Positions 1-12,254 of a stretch of 64,000 nucleotides of DNA are shown here, one piece after another. The notes beneath the pieces are model-generated. The model was not told the DNA's origin. It saw only the letters and a list, made by a program, of their open reading frames with translations, and did no database searches. The translations under genes were made by a program, and so were the position numbers. Positions within the stretch are counted from its first letter, which is position 1; each line of letters starts with the position of its first letter. This DNA comes from Alphaproteobacteria bacterium. GTDB taxonomy: Bacteria > Pseudomonadota > Alphaproteobacteria > SP197. The stretch is from assembly GCA_965228895.1 (NCBI GenBank), contig OZ245842.1, positions 2,560,001-2,624,000 of the forward strand, written 5' to 3'.

Positions 1-286
1 CGATCGCCTCCTGCCGGTCACCATCGAAAGCGTAAGACGTCACGGCAACAATGGGGATGTGCATCAGCGCCGGATCACCTTTCAGGCGCCGGGTGGCTTC
101 GTGGCCGTCCATGCCGGGCAGTTGGATATCCATCAAGATGAGATCCGGGCGTTCGCGCTGGGCGACGTCAATCGCTTCGACGCCGGTTGATGCCTCAAGC
201 ACCGCATAGCCAGCACTGGTCAGGAGATCGCGCATGATCTGTTTGTTGTCGTCTTGATCTTCGACCACAAGGATGCGCCCGCTCAT
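1..286 (-). CDS. Single-domain response regulator (DivK/CheY-like), 3' end truncated by window edge
   Basis: Manual translation MSGRILVVEDQDDNKQIMRDLL...PDLILMDIQLPGMDG...IPIVAVTSYA; ATGA overlap with upstream kinase stop. Confidence 0.9.
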   Translation of the reverse strand, partial: MSGRILVVEDQDDNKQIMRDLLTSAGYAVLEASTGVEAIDVAQRERPDLILMDIQLPGMDGHEATRRLKGDPALMHIPIVAVTSYAFDGDRQEAI

Positions 287-3200
287 GGGAGATCCTCCTC
301 ACGTTGCGCTTGGATCGGCACCGTGAACAAAAACGTCGCGCCGCGCCCCAGCTCCGATTCAACCCATAGCTTGCCGCCGTGCATGTCGATAAAACGGCGG
401 GAAATCGTTAGGCCCAGACCGGTTCCGCCCTGCTCACGCGTGCTGGAACTGTCGGCCTGCTGGAACTCATCGAAGATGGCTTCGTGATCCTCCTTGTCGA
501 TACCCGGACCGGTGTCGCGAACGCGCACCAGGAAGTCGGTCTCAACAATGTCGACGTTTACCGTGACCTCGCCTTCATGGGTAAATTTGATGGCGTTGCC
601 CAACAGGTTGGTCAGAACCTGCGCCAAACGGTGACTATCACCATGACCGACCGGCAGGTCCGGCGGCACCGTCCAGACGAGATCGAGTTCCTTTTCCCGC
701 GCCAGGGGCTCAACGCCGGCAATGACGGACTCGACCACCTCGCCCATGGCGTAGGAATCGAGAGACAGCTTGAATTGCCCCGCTTCGATCTTCGACAGGT
801 CAAGGACGTCGTTGATCAGGCCAAGAAGGTTGCGGCCGTTCTTGCTGACCCGGTCGACGACCTTGGTGACCTGTTCGGGCACCTCGCCGTAGATGCCGTC
901 GTTGATCAGTTCCGTGTAGCCAAGGATGGCATTCAGCGGCGTTCTCAGCTCATGACTCATGTTGGCCAGGAAGCGGCTCTTGGCCTGGTTGGCCAGCTCG
1001 GCCTGCTCTTTGGCGTCGCGCATCGCAATTTCAGCTTCCTTGCGGAGCGTTATGTCGTGGGAGATGGTCAGCACCGCACGCACGCTGCCGTCGGCCTCCG
1101 CCAGCGGTACCTTGGTTGTGTAGTAGGTCGACCATCGACCACTGGCGCCGCGCGAGGTGTCTTCGAACCCCGGAATCGGCACGCCGCTCTCAATGACCTG
1201 CCGATCCCGCTCACGGGTTTTCGCGGCATATTCGGTATCGGTGACGTCGTCGATCGACTTGCCGGTCAGCTCGTCAGGGTCAAAGCCGTAGAATTCCGCC
1301 TGGGCCGGATTGGCAAGGATGAACCGTCCGTCAACATCCTTCAGGTTGATCACAGCCGGCGTCTGATCAATGACCGTCTTGAGCATGTGTTGGCTTTCGG
1401 CAAGCGCCGCCTCAGTCGCCTTTCGTTTCGTGATATCCGTCTGGATCGAAACGGTGCGGCCGAAGTCGGTCTTTCGATCACGGATCTGAAGCCAGCGTCC
1501 GGTCGTCAACTGGACGTCGATCGATCCGCGCAGGGTGCGACGGTGTTGGTCCCGCTTGCCAAGGTAGTCGTCGGAGTCATGCCCCACGACGACAATCTTG
1601 CGTTCGACATCCAGGCGACCGAGCTCTTGGAAAAGGACGCCCGGTTTGACGTCCTCATCGGTGTAGCCGTAGAACTCCTTGAACTGCCTGTTGCACAACA
1701 CCAGCCGATCGTCGGCGTCGTAAACAACAATGCCTTCCGACATGTTCTCGATAGCGTCGGACAGGCGCACTTCCGCTTCGCTGATCGCGACCTCGGCCGC
1801 CTTCAGTTCGGTGATGTCGGCTTGGATGCTGACGGTGCCGCCGGATGCGGTCTTGCGATCGCGGATCTGCAGCCAGCGCCCATCAGTCAGGCGGATCTCC
1901 AACGAACCCTCGTGTTCGTCACGCTGCCAGATACGTCGTTTGAAGTGCGGCGCGCCAACCTGATCGGCGATGACGCCGTTTTCCAGATCGAGCCGAATCA
2001 GATCATCAAAATGGGTGCCCGGACGAACATCCTCGTCGCGGTACTGATAGAAGTCCTGGAAACGCCGGTTGCACAGAACAAGCCGGTTGTCAGCGTCATA
2101 GACGACGATGCCCTCAGACATATTCGCGATGGCGTCGAGCAGGCGCGCCTCGGCAGCCGCCGCAGCGTCCTTGGCGCGCAGAATTTCCTCTTCGACCTGC
2201 TTGCGCTCGGTAATGTCGCGCAGATAGGCGGTGATAATCTTCCGGCTGTCGACGTCGCGCGCCGTGATCGCGATCTCGACCGGTATCTCGCTGCCGTCGG
2301 CGCGGACCGCCGGCAACTCCAGCCGTTGGCCAAGCACCCGTTCTTCGCCGGTGGTGCGATAACGTTCCAGTCCATCGGCGTGGGCTTCGCGCAAGGCTTC
2401 GGGTACGATCAAGTCTGATAGCCGCTGACCTATCGCCTGGTCGCGGGTATAGCCGAACGTTCGTTCGGCCGCCGGATTGAACTCCAGAACCTCGCCCAGT
2501 TCATCGATGGAGATAATGGCGTCAAGCGCCGACTCAAGCACCGAACCCTTAAGCGTCTCGCTGTCCAGCAGCGCCCTGCCGAATGCCTTTTCGTCACTGA
2601 TGTCGGTGCCAATCAGACCGATCGCGACGGATCCGTCGAATGGCATGGTGATGGGAAACTTGACCTCCATAAAGGTCCGTTCACCGCCCGGTGTGGTGAC
2701 GACCTGTTCGCGCGCAATGACATCGCCGGTGCTCAAGACTTCCCGATCATGCAGCGTGTAGGGATCGGCGAAGGACGCGGGAAACAGGTCACTCGCCGAT
2801 TTGCCGACAACATCGTCGTGCTGGAGTTCGTGGAGGTCGAGAAACTTTTGGTTGGCATAGAGGTATCGACCGTCTGCATCTTTCAAGCACATGACCGTGG
2901 GCGAGTGTTGCGTGATCGCCTCCAGCAGCACTTGCGTCTCGCGCAGCGTACGCAGAGCGGCCATGCGCTTGCTGACGTCGCGGCCATAGATGTTGACACG
3001 ACCGTTGTCGCGATCCGGATAAAGCTCGAACGTGTAGTCACACCCATCAAGGGCAAACTCGACCTCCTGATGGCGCCCGGACGTCGCCGCTTCGATGGCG
3101 ACGTCGCACAGCGCATCGGCCATCAGGCAATTGGCTGCCTCGTCGATCAGGCCAGAAATGGCTTTTGCGGCAACGTTGGCGAAAGCAAGGCGCCCGGTTT

Positions 3201-3621
3201 CATCGGTTGCCAAGACGGGATTGGGATTGTGTTCGGGAAAGTGAGCGAGATTGTCCTTCGCGCCCGACGATTCACGGCCGAAGAAGCAATACATTCCCTG
3301 GTCATCTGGCCCGACAATGTCGAAACCGAACGTCGTGTCGCCGAATGACACGGCCAGCGCATCGCGACCATCGCGTGCCGCAGCAAGCAGGTCGTCGTGG
3401 ATGCGGCCGCTTTCATCATCCTTCGTTTGTGTGGTCAGCCCGCCTATCGAAGCCGCTGCCTTGTTGGAGAACGCGATCCGGCCGTCGCCGTCCGTACTCA
3501 CGACCGGCCCAGGAAAGGCATCGACGGCGGTTGTCAGGATACCGTCGACACCGGGCGAGCGTGCGGAAGCCCGCGACCGCACGGGTCGCGTCTGCTCTGT
3601 TCCATCCGTTTGCTTCCCCAT
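283..3621 (-). CDS. Cytoplasmic multi-PAS sensor histidine kinase
   Basis: Repeated PAS/PAC units; H-box FLANMSHELRTPLN; N, G1, F, G2 boxes (NLLGNAIKFT, DTGPGI, GGTGLGL); no TM segment. Confidence 0.95.
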   Translation of the reverse strand: MGKQTDGTEQTRPVRSRASARSPGVDGILTTAVDAFPGPVVSTDGDGRIAFSNKAAASIGGLTTQTKDDESGRIHDDLLAAARDGRDALAVSFGDTTFGFDIVGPDDQGMYCFFGRESSGAKDNLAHFPEHNPNPVLATDETGRLAFANVAAKAISGLIDEAANCLMADALCDVAIEAATSGRHQEVEFALDGCDYTFELYPDRDNGRVNIYGRDVSKRMAALRTLRETQVLLEAITQHSPTVMCLKDADGRYLYANQKFLDLHELQHDDVVGKSASDLFPASFADPYTLHDREVLSTGDVIAREQVVTTPGGERTFMEVKFPITMPFDGSVAIGLIGTDISDEKAFGRALLDSETLKGSVLESALDAIISIDELGEVLEFNPAAERTFGYTRDQAIGQRLSDLIVPEALREAHADGLERYRTTGEERVLGQRLELPAVRADGSEIPVEIAITARDVDSRKIITAYLRDITERKQVEEEILRAKDAAAAAEARLLDAIANMSEGIVVYDADNRLVLCNRRFQDFYQYRDEDVRPGTHFDDLIRLDLENGVIADQVGAPHFKRRIWQRDEHEGSLEIRLTDGRWLQIRDRKTASGGTVSIQADITELKAAEVAISEAEVRLSDAIENMSEGIVVYDADDRLVLCNRQFKEFYGYTDEDVKPGVLFQELGRLDVERKIVVVGHDSDDYLGKRDQHRRTLRGSIDVQLTTGRWLQIRDRKTDFGRTVSIQTDITKRKATEAALAESQHMLKTVIDQTPAVINLKDVDGRFILANPAQAEFYGFDPDELTGKSIDDVTDTEYAAKTRERDRQVIESGVPIPGFEDTSRGASGRWSTYYTTKVPLAEADGSVRAVLTISHDITLRKEAEIAMRDAKEQAELANQAKSRFLANMSHELRTPLNAILGYTELINDGIYGEVPEQVTKVVDRVSKNGRNLLGLINDVLDLSKIEAGQFKLSLDSYAMGEVVESVIAGVEPLAREKELDLVWTVPPDLPVGHGDSHRLAQVLTNLLGNAIKFTHEGEVTVNVDIVETDFLVRVRDTGPGIDKEDHEAIFDEFQQADSSSTREQGGTGLGLTISRRFIDMHGGKLWVESELGRGATFLFTVPIQAQREEDLP

Positions 3622-3712
3622 CGGATGTCCGTCGCCAAGTCCTCACACACCGTCACCATAGCCCGACGCCGAGATCGCGAAAACCACGCTGTGCCAGATA
3701 GATGGACAGGAC

Positions 3713-4369
3713 CTAGGGACACAGTGCGGGGATGAGCCGGCCCGATTGTGTGACCCAGCCGAACAGGTGATTCTCGCCATAGATGAGTGCGATCGCCTCA
3801 TCATGCAGCGACTGTTCCTCTGCCGCGCAACAGTCTTCAACCGTCAGGCAGTAATAGCCGTAATCCACAGCAGAGCGCAGCGTCGAGTGCACACAACACT
3901 GGGTTGTCACTCCCATGACAATCAGGTGCGTGATCCCGCGCGCTTCCAGCATCGCCTGCAGGTCGGTTCGGAAGAAGGCGCTGAAGCCGGGTTTGTCGAT
4001 ATCCGGCTCGCCCGCCATCGGCGCCAACTCGGGCACCAGGGCCTGCCCTGCCTCACCGCAGATCAGAAAGCGGCCCAGAGGCCCTCGATCCTTCTCTGGC
4101 CGGCGCGCCTTTTTCATCGGCGACATATCGGAGCCATCGGCCCGATAGCCCTCGCGTGTGTGGACAATGAAGAGGCCGACATCGCGGGCCGCCGCCAGGA
4201 CCGCGCCGAACCGCGGCATGATCGCGCGCATCATCGTGATATCGCCGCCCATCGAGGCGACATAGCCCTCGGGATCCAGGAAATCCCGCTGCATATCGAT
4301 GGCCAGGAGTGCCGTTTTGTCGGGTTCAAACGAGAACGTCCGATCGAAATTGCACGGCACCGACACCAT
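3713..4369 (-). CDS. Cysteine hydrolase, isochorismatase family (biuret hydrolase-like)
   Basis: IDMQRDF, HTREG, DKPGFSAF, GVTTQCCV motifs; start set at ATG 4369 after AGGAGG. Confidence 0.85.
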   Translation of the reverse strand: MVSVPCNFDRTFSFEPDKTALLAIDMQRDFLDPEGYVASMGGDITMMRAIMPRFGAVLAAARDVGLFIVHTREGYRADGSDMSPMKKARRPEKDRGPLGRFLICGEAGQALVPELAPMAGEPDIDKPGFSAFFRTDLQAMLEARGITHLIVMGVTTQCCVHSTLRSAVDYGYYCLTVEDCCAAEEQSLHDEAIALIYGENHLFGWVTQSGRLIPALCP

Positions 4370-4495
4370 CGCGACCTCCTGACCCGCACCAAAGCGCCGA
4401 AATAGCGCCACATCGTGATCATAGGGATAAAGTGACGGAACGCACCATGAAAGCCGTTTTTCCTGGAAAATCAGGCCGGTACGATCAACTCTTGA

Positions 4496-5257
4496 GTGCA
4501 AATGACGAGAGCGTTGCCACAACAGCCGCGATTTCGGCAAAGCGCGCGGGCCCGGCTTGCCGTGCTGCTCGTCCTCGTCCCCCTTCTTATCCCCCTCATT
4601 GTCGGGGGCTCGCCGGCCCAGGCGGCGATCGACGAGACCGCCATTCGCGCCGCCGTCGACGAGGTCTACGACGGCAGCGACTACCAAACCAGCCTTCCCG
4701 GTGTCGACGAGCCCTTGCCCCAACCGGATCCGGAGCCGGAAGCCGCAGATCCCGCGTCCGAGCCCATGAACCTCGCCTGGCTGGCCGACGTGCTTGAGGT
4801 CGTCTCCTATGGCCTTCTGGCCGGCGCCGTCATCTTCGTTGTCTATACCGGTCTGCGCGCCTTCATGAACATGCGCTTGCGGCCCCGCCGGTCTGATTTG
4901 GACCCATCATCGGACGACGAATGGGGCGCCCACAAAGGCTCTCAAGAAGCGCGGCCGACGCAGTTCGCCGACGCCGAGGCCCTGGCGCGCCAGGGCGCCT
5001 ATGGGGAGGCCGTGCATGCCTTGCTGCTGGTCGTCGTCGAGGCGATGCGGCGGCGTTATGATACCGTCCGGCCAGCGCAGACCGCGCGAGAGCTGGTCCG
5101 CCACGTCGCTTTGGGCGCCAGCCGTCATGACGACTTCGCCGATCTGGTCGGCGCCGCCGAACTAGGCCACTTTGGCGGCCGCACAATCGATCGCGAAACC
5201 TATGAATCGAGCCACGAACGCGCCCAGCGTCTGCTGGCGGCACTGGCGGCAAACTGA
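4496..5257 (+). CDS. DUF4129-like membrane protein of MoxR operon
   Basis: Signal/TM segments, AEALARQGAYGEAV and TARE motifs; first gene of coupled operon. Confidence 0.75.
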   Translation: MQMTRALPQQPRFRQSARARLAVLLVLVPLLIPLIVGGSPAQAAIDETAIRAAVDEVYDGSDYQTSLPGVDEPLPQPDPEPEAADPASEPMNLAWLADVLEVVSYGLLAGAVIFVVYTGLRAFMNMRLRPRRSDLDPSSDDEWGAHKGSQEARPTQFADAEALARQGAYGEAVHALLLVVVEAMRRRYDTVRPAQTARELVRHVALGASRHDDFADLVGAAELGHFGGRTIDRETYESSHERAQRLLAALAAN

Positions 5258-6457
5258 TGGGGTCGCTCAACAACCGCATGCGTGCGCTGATCGGCGCGGT
5301 GATCCTGCTGGCCGTCGCCGCCGCTGCCGTCGCCTTGCGCCAGGATGTCGGTGACAACGTCACCGGCAGCGACCCCAGCGTCGTCTCCATCTCCGCGATT
5401 GGTAAAGGCGCGTTCTACGAGCTGTTGGAGGACCTCGACGTGTCCGTCGATGTCGACCGCGGCCGCGGTGGCGCGCCTGACAAACTCAGCGACGATCTGC
5501 GCGTGGTGACCGGAAGACCGGTCGACGCCGACAACAGAGGCTTTGTCGCAAGCCGCCTGGCCGGCGAGCGGCTCTTGGTCGTGCTGCCGAAATGGAACGT
5601 CGTGGACGATCCCTTTCACGCCGGCTGGGTCGGTGAGGCTACCGGCATGGAGGTGCGCGACGTCATCTCGATGCTGCGCATGGTCGTTCCCGACGGCAAG
5701 ATCGTGCGCCCGTCGTCGCCGGTCGCCTGGACCGTCAACGAACTCGGTTTCTCACCGACACTCACCCAACCGCAGCTGTTTGCTTCCGGCCAGGCACGAC
5801 CCATCGTGGCCAGCGATGACGGCATGCTGATCGGCGAGATCAGCTTTGGCAACCGCCGCATCTGGGTCGTCGCGGATCCCGACTTCATAACCAATCACGG
5901 CCTGCATCGTGACAGCAACGCCGCGCTTGCCGTCGCCATGATCGAGGCGATGGTGCCGGCCGACGGCCGCGTCGTTTTCGATCTGGCGGTCCAGGAGACG
6001 ATCGAACCGCTCAGCCTGACGCAGCTTCTGTTCGAGTTTCCAACCGCCATCGTGACTGTTCAGACCGCCATCGTGCTTCTTCTGCTGCTGTGGGCGCTCA
6101 CCGGATCATTCGGCACGCGCTACGAACTGCCGCGCCCTCTGCAGTCGGGCAGCGCGGCCCTGATCGCGAACATGTCGGCGCTGTTGATCCTCGGCGGCCA
6201 TTTCCGCGATATGCTGACGCGCTATGCTCAGGCGACTGTGCGCGATGTCGCCAACCGCCTGCACGCGCCCGCCGGCCTGGACCGTGCGGCCCGCAACGCG
6301 TGGCTCGAACGTGTCGCCGATGCGCGCGGTGTCAGCCACAACCTCGAACGTTTGACCCAAGACCTCGACCGTATGGCCGGCACGCGAAGCCGGCCGGATG
6401 CGCGGCGGACCATCGAAGCCGCCGCCGCCTTTCATCAATGGAGACAGGAGATGATCC

Positions 6458-6480
<23 letters not shown>
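5257..6480 (+). CDS. DUF4350-like membrane-anchored protein
   Basis: N-terminal [15 protein letters not shown] motif, second TM; position upstream of MoxR. Confidence 0.75.
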
Positions 6481-7410
<930 letters not shown>

Positions 7411-7414
<4 letters not shown>

Positions 7415-8724
7415 TTTACCCGACGCGACGCGCCATTCTGCTGGTGGCGGCCGGTGTGCCGCCGACCATGCTGGGCGTTGTCGCGTTGCCCGAACTGTGG
7501 GCGGTCGGTCTGGCCTGGCTGTGCGGCACCGTCTTGTTCGTGGTTTTGGATGGCCTTCTTGGCGTTTCGGCGCGTCGTCTTTCTGTCGACTGGAACGCGC
7601 CGTCGGTTCTTTACGTCGGCGAAAGCGACCCCTTCACCATTCACTTTGCGGCGGCCGGCGCGGAGCGGACGACACCGATAGACGTGCTCTTGGAGGTTGC
7701 CGGTGTTGTCGACCGGCCCGAGATGGCGCGCCGCCCCATCGATCACCGCCGCGACGTCGACGTCACCATCGCCCTGGTGCCCCACAGGCGCGGCATCGCC
7801 GCCATCCAGCGGCTGTGGCTGCGCTGGCGCGGGCCCTTCGGGCTGACCTGGCGCAAGGTCGGTCACCAGATCAACCTGGACATACCGGTGCTGCCCAACA
7901 TCCGCGCCGTGCGCCAATCCGCTCTGTCGCTGCAAGTACGCGATGCCTATTTCGGCAGCAAGGTGCAGCGCGAGGCCGGCGGCGGGTCGGAGTTCGACGC
8001 GTTGCGTGACCATGTGCCCGGACTCGACAGCCGGGCGATCGACTGGAAGCACTCCGCGCGTCACCGCAAACTCGTCAGCAAGGAGTTTCAGACCGAACGC
8101 AACCACCAGATCGTCATGGCGATCGACACCGGACGCCTGATGAGCGAACCGCTCAACGGCATCCCCCGGCTGGACCGCGCGATCAACGCCGGATTGGTCC
8201 TGACCTATACCAGCCTGCATGCCGGCGACCGTGTCGGTGTCTATGGTTTCGACGCGCAGGTCCGGCTCTTCGCTTCGCCCATGGGCGGCGTGCGCGCCTT
8301 CCCGCGTGTGCAACAATCCTTGGCCCAGCTCGACTATCGCGACGAGGAGACCAACTTTACGCTCGGTCTCACCGCATTGCTGGGCCGTCTAAAGCAGCGC
8401 TCTCTTGTCGTCGTCATGACCGACTTTGTCGATACGATCACCGCCGAGTTGATGGTCGAAAATCTGGGCCGCATGGCGAACCGTCACTTGATCCTCTTTG
8501 CCGTGCTGCGCGACCCCGTGTTGACCGGCGCCATCGAAGACCGGCCGGCAACCCTGGAAGATCTGTCGCAGGCGGTCATCGCCGGCGATCTCGCGCGTGA
8601 ACGCGCCGGCGTCCTGGAACGCCTGCGCCGCTTCGGCGTGCACTGCCTGGAGGCCGACGCGGCCAACCTGAACAGCGATCTTATCAACCGTTATCTGTCG
8701 ATCAAGCAGCGGGAGCTGATCTGA
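7411..8724 (+). CDS. DUF58 / vWA-like MoxR partner
   Basis: [39 protein letters not shown]. Confidence 0.9.
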
Positions 8725-8725
8725 C

Positions 8726-9736
8726 ATGGCGGAACCGGTTGGCAACAATGGCCTGAAGAGCGCGCTCTTCCGGCGCGAACGCGAGGCGACCTGGAAGAAG
8801 CTGCAGGAATTGCTCGCGCGCATCGAACGCAACGGCATCAAGAGCGCCTCCGCGCAGGAGCTACACGACCTGCCGATCCTCTACCGCGCGACCATGTCGT
8901 CGCTGTCGGTCGCACGGAGTATCTCGCTCGATCGCAATCTCCTGCAGTACCTCGAGAGCCTGGCCGCGCGCGGCTATTTCTGTGTCTATGGCGCCCGCGC
9001 GACGTTCGCCGAAACGCTGAAGGCCTTCATCTTCGTCGATCTGCCGGAGGCTGTGCGCGCCGCACGCTGGTTCGTCGGGCTCTCGGCGGCCTTGCTGTTC
9101 CTGGGCACCGCACTGGGCTGGCTTCTGGTCGCGCTGGAGAGCGATTGGTTCTACGCCCTGGTCGACCCGGGCATGGCATCGGGCCGCGACCCCGACGCAT
9201 CGCGTGCCGAACTGCAGGAGACGCTGGTCGACGACGGCGGCGGTTTGACCGACATGCTGATCGCGTTTGCCTCATTTCTTTTTACCCACAACGCGAAGAT
9301 CGCTCTGGCGTGTTTTGCCTTCGGCTTTGCGTTCGGCATTCCCGTCGTCTATCTGCTGTTCACCAACGGGGTCCTCCTCGGCGCCTTTTGCGCGGTCTAT
9401 GCGGAACGCGGCCTGGGTGTCGATTTCATTGCCTGGCTCTTAATCCACGGCTCGACGGAACTGGCCGCCATCATCCTGGCCGGCGCGGCAGGGTTTTTGC
9501 TCGGTCAGGCCGTCGGCTTCCCCGGTCGGCTCAAACGCCGTGCGGCGCTCGCCATTAAGGGGCGCCAGGCTGCGATCATCGCGCTGGGCGCCGTCGGCAT
9601 GTTGTTTGTCGCAGCACTCCTCGAAGGGTTCGGACGCCAGCTCATCACCGATACCGCATGGCGCCTGACGATCGCCACGGTCGCGCTGGCCTTCTGGATC
9701 GCCTACTTCGGCTTCTCCGGCAAACCGAGGCGCTAG
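8726..9736 (+). CDS. SpoIIM-like (DUF95) membrane protein
   Basis: FLFTHNAKIA, WLLIHGSTELAAI, AALLEGF motifs; multiple TMs. Confidence 0.9.
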   Translation: MAEPVGNNGLKSALFRREREATWKKLQELLARIERNGIKSASAQELHDLPILYRATMSSLSVARSISLDRNLLQYLESLAARGYFCVYGARATFAETLKAFIFVDLPEAVRAARWFVGLSAALLFLGTALGWLLVALESDWFYALVDPGMASGRDPDASRAELQETLVDDGGGLTDMLIAFASFLFTHNAKIALACFAFGFAFGIPVVYLLFTNGVLLGAFCAVYAERGLGVDFIAWLLIHGSTELAAIILAGAAGFLLGQAVGFPGRLKRRAALAIKGRQAAIIALGAVGMLFVAALLEGFGRQLITDTAWRLTIATVALAFWIAYFGFSGKPRR

Positions 9737-9738
9737 GC

Positions 9739-10698
9739 ATGGCTGACGCAGCCCCCCTCGGCGCCAAGCGCGACCGCCTTATCCGTCACATCACGACACC
9801 GGAAGGCGTGCCGCTGACCGTGCGGCTCGCCGAGCGCAGCAGCCGCTTGATGGCGCTGATTGTCGACCTCTTCATCATCATCGTGACGCTGTTGCTGTTC
9901 GCGCTGGCGCTCTATATCGCCCTCGGCGACTTCCTCACCAGCGGCTGGCTGGACGCCTTCCTCTTGCTGGGCTCGTTCCTGCTCAGAAGCCCCTACTTCA
10001 TCTTCTTCGAACTCCGGTGGCGCGGCCAGACACCGGGCAAGCGGCTCATGCACATCCGCGTTATCGACCGCCAGGGCGGCCCGCTGACGGCCGAGGCCGT
10101 GGTCACCCGCAACCTGACCCGCGAGGTCGAGGTCTTCCTACCGATTTCCGTCCTGATGCTGCCCCAGCTCTACGCGCTCGCCGGCTGGTTCGGCGTACTA
10201 TGCATGGTGTGGACGGCGCTGGTCTTCGTGCTCGTCCTGTTTCAACGCGACGCCATGCGCATCGGCGACTTGATCGCCGGTACCTGGGTCATCGAGAACG
10301 AGCGCCGCATCCTGAAGGACGATCTGAGCCAGAAGAAATCCGAGGACGTTGTACCTGAGGCCCGCTACACGTTCACCGAAGCCGAAATGGACGCCTATGG
10401 CATTCGCGAACTGCAGGTTTTGGAAGACATCCTACGGCGCAACGAAAACCAAAAAGACGAACGCACCATGGCCGATGTCAGCCGGCGTATCCGGCGCAAG
10501 ATCGGCTGGAAGGACGATCCCTTCTTCCGCGACGACGCGCGTTTCCTGCAGGACTACTACACCGCGCTGCGCCGCAGGCTGGAACAGGGTCTCCTGTTCG
10601 GCGAGCGTCGCGAGACCAAACACGACCCCGCGGTCTTCGATGCCAAGCGGCGAAACGGTGCCAACGGCAACAACGGAAACGGCGGCGCAAGGCCCTAA
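9739..10698 (+). CDS. RDD-family membrane protein
   Basis: TPEGV...SRLMALIVD, GQTPGKR, RIGDLIAGTWVI. Confidence 0.9.
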   Translation: MADAAPLGAKRDRLIRHITTPEGVPLTVRLAERSSRLMALIVDLFIIIVTLLLFALALYIALGDFLTSGWLDAFLLLGSFLLRSPYFIFFELRWRGQTPGKRLMHIRVIDRQGGPLTAEAVVTRNLTREVEVFLPISVLMLPQLYALAGWFGVLCMVWTALVFVLVLFQRDAMRIGDLIAGTWVIENERRILKDDLSQKKSEDVVPEARYTFTEAEMDAYGIRELQVLEDILRRNENQKDERTMADVSRRIRRKIGWKDDPFFRDDARFLQDYYTALRRRLEQGLLFGERRETKHDPAVFDAKRRNGANGNNGNGGARP

Positions 10699-11093
10699 CC
10701 GGCCTTCCAGTGCCCGTCGACCTCGAACGCCTCGTCGGGGCCCGGCCAAGGCGGCATGGTCACCAACACGAAGGTCAAAGGCGCCGCGCCGGTGTTGCGA
10801 AACTGGAAGTGGGTGCCCAAGGGAATGGTCAGACTGATGCCGGGGCGCAAAGGCGTCACCTCTTCGCGCTCACCGTGAGACCGCCACATCTCACCCTCGC
10901 CCGACAGCATGTACCAGACCTCCTCGACCGTGCGATGGGCGACCGCTACCGACACGCCGCCCGGATCGAGTGTGAAGTGCGCCATGCTGCCGCCATCGAG
11001 CCGGCACAACAGCCGCACCGCCGATCCGTCGGGCGCCAGCCCCTGGGGTTCATCGGGAAGTGCGATCGTATCGAAGGAGTCCGAAGTTGCCAT
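10695..11093 (-). CDS. Cupin-domain protein
   Basis: LAPDGS, HRTVEEVWYMLSGEG, IPLGTHFQFRN, TMPPWPG. Confidence 0.85.
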   Translation of the reverse strand: MATSDSFDTIALPDEPQGLAPDGSAVRLLCRLDGGSMAHFTLDPGGVSVAVAHRTVEEVWYMLSGEGEMWRSHGEREEVTPLRPGISLTIPLGTHFQFRNTGAAPLTFVLVTMPPWPGPDEAFEVDGHWKAG

Positions 11094-11155
11094 CGTGATA
11101 GGATCTCCGCATAGCGCTGTCCGATAGTCGTGCGACACGTAGCGCCGGAAATCAT

Positions 11156-12184
11156 TTGGTTCAAATCCCATCTGCGCTGGGAGTGGTTCCCATCTTCACC
11201 AAGGCAATACGATGCGGTCTTCCTGTTTCTGCGATTTTGGCCATGCTGGCCGTCATGACAGTGTCAGCGCACGCTACCTTTGACGAGATCCAGATCGAGG
11301 CACCCCGACCGGAAGGTCCGCTTCAGGGGTCGCTTCTGTTGCCCGACGTCGATGACGCGCCGGTCGTGCTGATCATCCCGGGCTCCGGCCCGACCGACCG
11401 CGACGGCAACAACCCCTTGGGCGTCAAGGCATCGACCTATCGCCTTCTGGCTGAGGGTTTGGCGCGCAACGGCATCGCCAGCGTACGCATCGACAAGCGG
11501 GGCATGTTCGGCAGCGCCGGGGCGGTGGCCGACCCGAACGCGGTGACGCTCAACGACTACGCGAACGACATCCACGCCTGGATCGCGACGATCCGCCAAC
11601 GCACCGGGAGGGACTGCATCTGGCTCCTCGGTCACAGCGAAGGCGGCACGGTCGCCATGCTGTCCGCGGCGGAGGGCGACGCCATCTGCGGCGTTATTGT
11701 GGTGGCGACGCCAGGTCGGCCCTACGGCGATGTCATTCGCGACCAATTGCGCGCCAACCCGGCCAACGCGCCGATCCTCGACGAAGCGTTCGATGCGATC
11801 ACGCGCTTGGAAGCAGGCGAACGCGTCGACACGGCAGCCATGCACCGCGCGCTCCTGCCCCTCTTTGCCGATGAGATCCAAGAGTTCGTCATCGACCTGC
11901 TCAGCCACGACCCCGCCGCCCTTGTTGCGGTACTGCACGTCCCGGTCCTCGTTCTGCAGGGCGCACGCGATCTCCAGACAACGCCCGAGGACGCCGAACG
12001 GCTGGGCGCTGCCAACAAGGAGGCGGAGGTCATCGTGCTCGACGACACCAACCATGTCTTGAAGGCCGTCGCCACCGATGACCGGGAGGCCAACCTGGCA
12101 ATCTATGGCGACCCCGACCTGCCTCTGGCGCCGGGTGTCGTCTCGGCCGTCACGGCGTTCATCCGTGGCGTTGACGACCAATGA
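11156..12184 (+). CDS. Alpha/beta-fold hydrolase, probably secreted (start uncertain, possibly ATG 11243)
   Basis: IPGSGPTDRDGN, RIDKRG, nucleophile GHSEGG, QGARDLQ, NHVLK. Confidence 0.9.
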   Translation: MVQIPSALGVVPIFTKAIRCGLPVSAILAMLAVMTVSAHATFDEIQIEAPRPEGPLQGSLLLPDVDDAPVVLIIPGSGPTDRDGNNPLGVKASTYRLLAEGLARNGIASVRIDKRGMFGSAGAVADPNAVTLNDYANDIHAWIATIRQRTGRDCIWLLGHSEGGTVAMLSAAEGDAICGVIVVATPGRPYGDVIRDQLRANPANAPILDEAFDAITRLEAGERVDTAAMHRALLPLFADEIQEFVIDLLSHDPAALVAVLHVPVLVLQGARDLQTTPEDAERLGAANKEAEVIVLDDTNHVLKAVATDDREANLAIYGDPDLPLAPGVVSAVTAFIRGVDDQ

Positions 12185-12254
12185 CGTTGGCGCAAGACTT
12201 CGACAGGTTCTAACGGGCGCGATGCGCCTTAGGACGGAATCGGCTGGAGGAGCC

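Noticed and set aside
484-2418. 644-aa + strand ORF and many similar long antisense ORFs
   Set aside because: Shadow ORFs opposite well-supported genes in GC-rich DNA; no motifs
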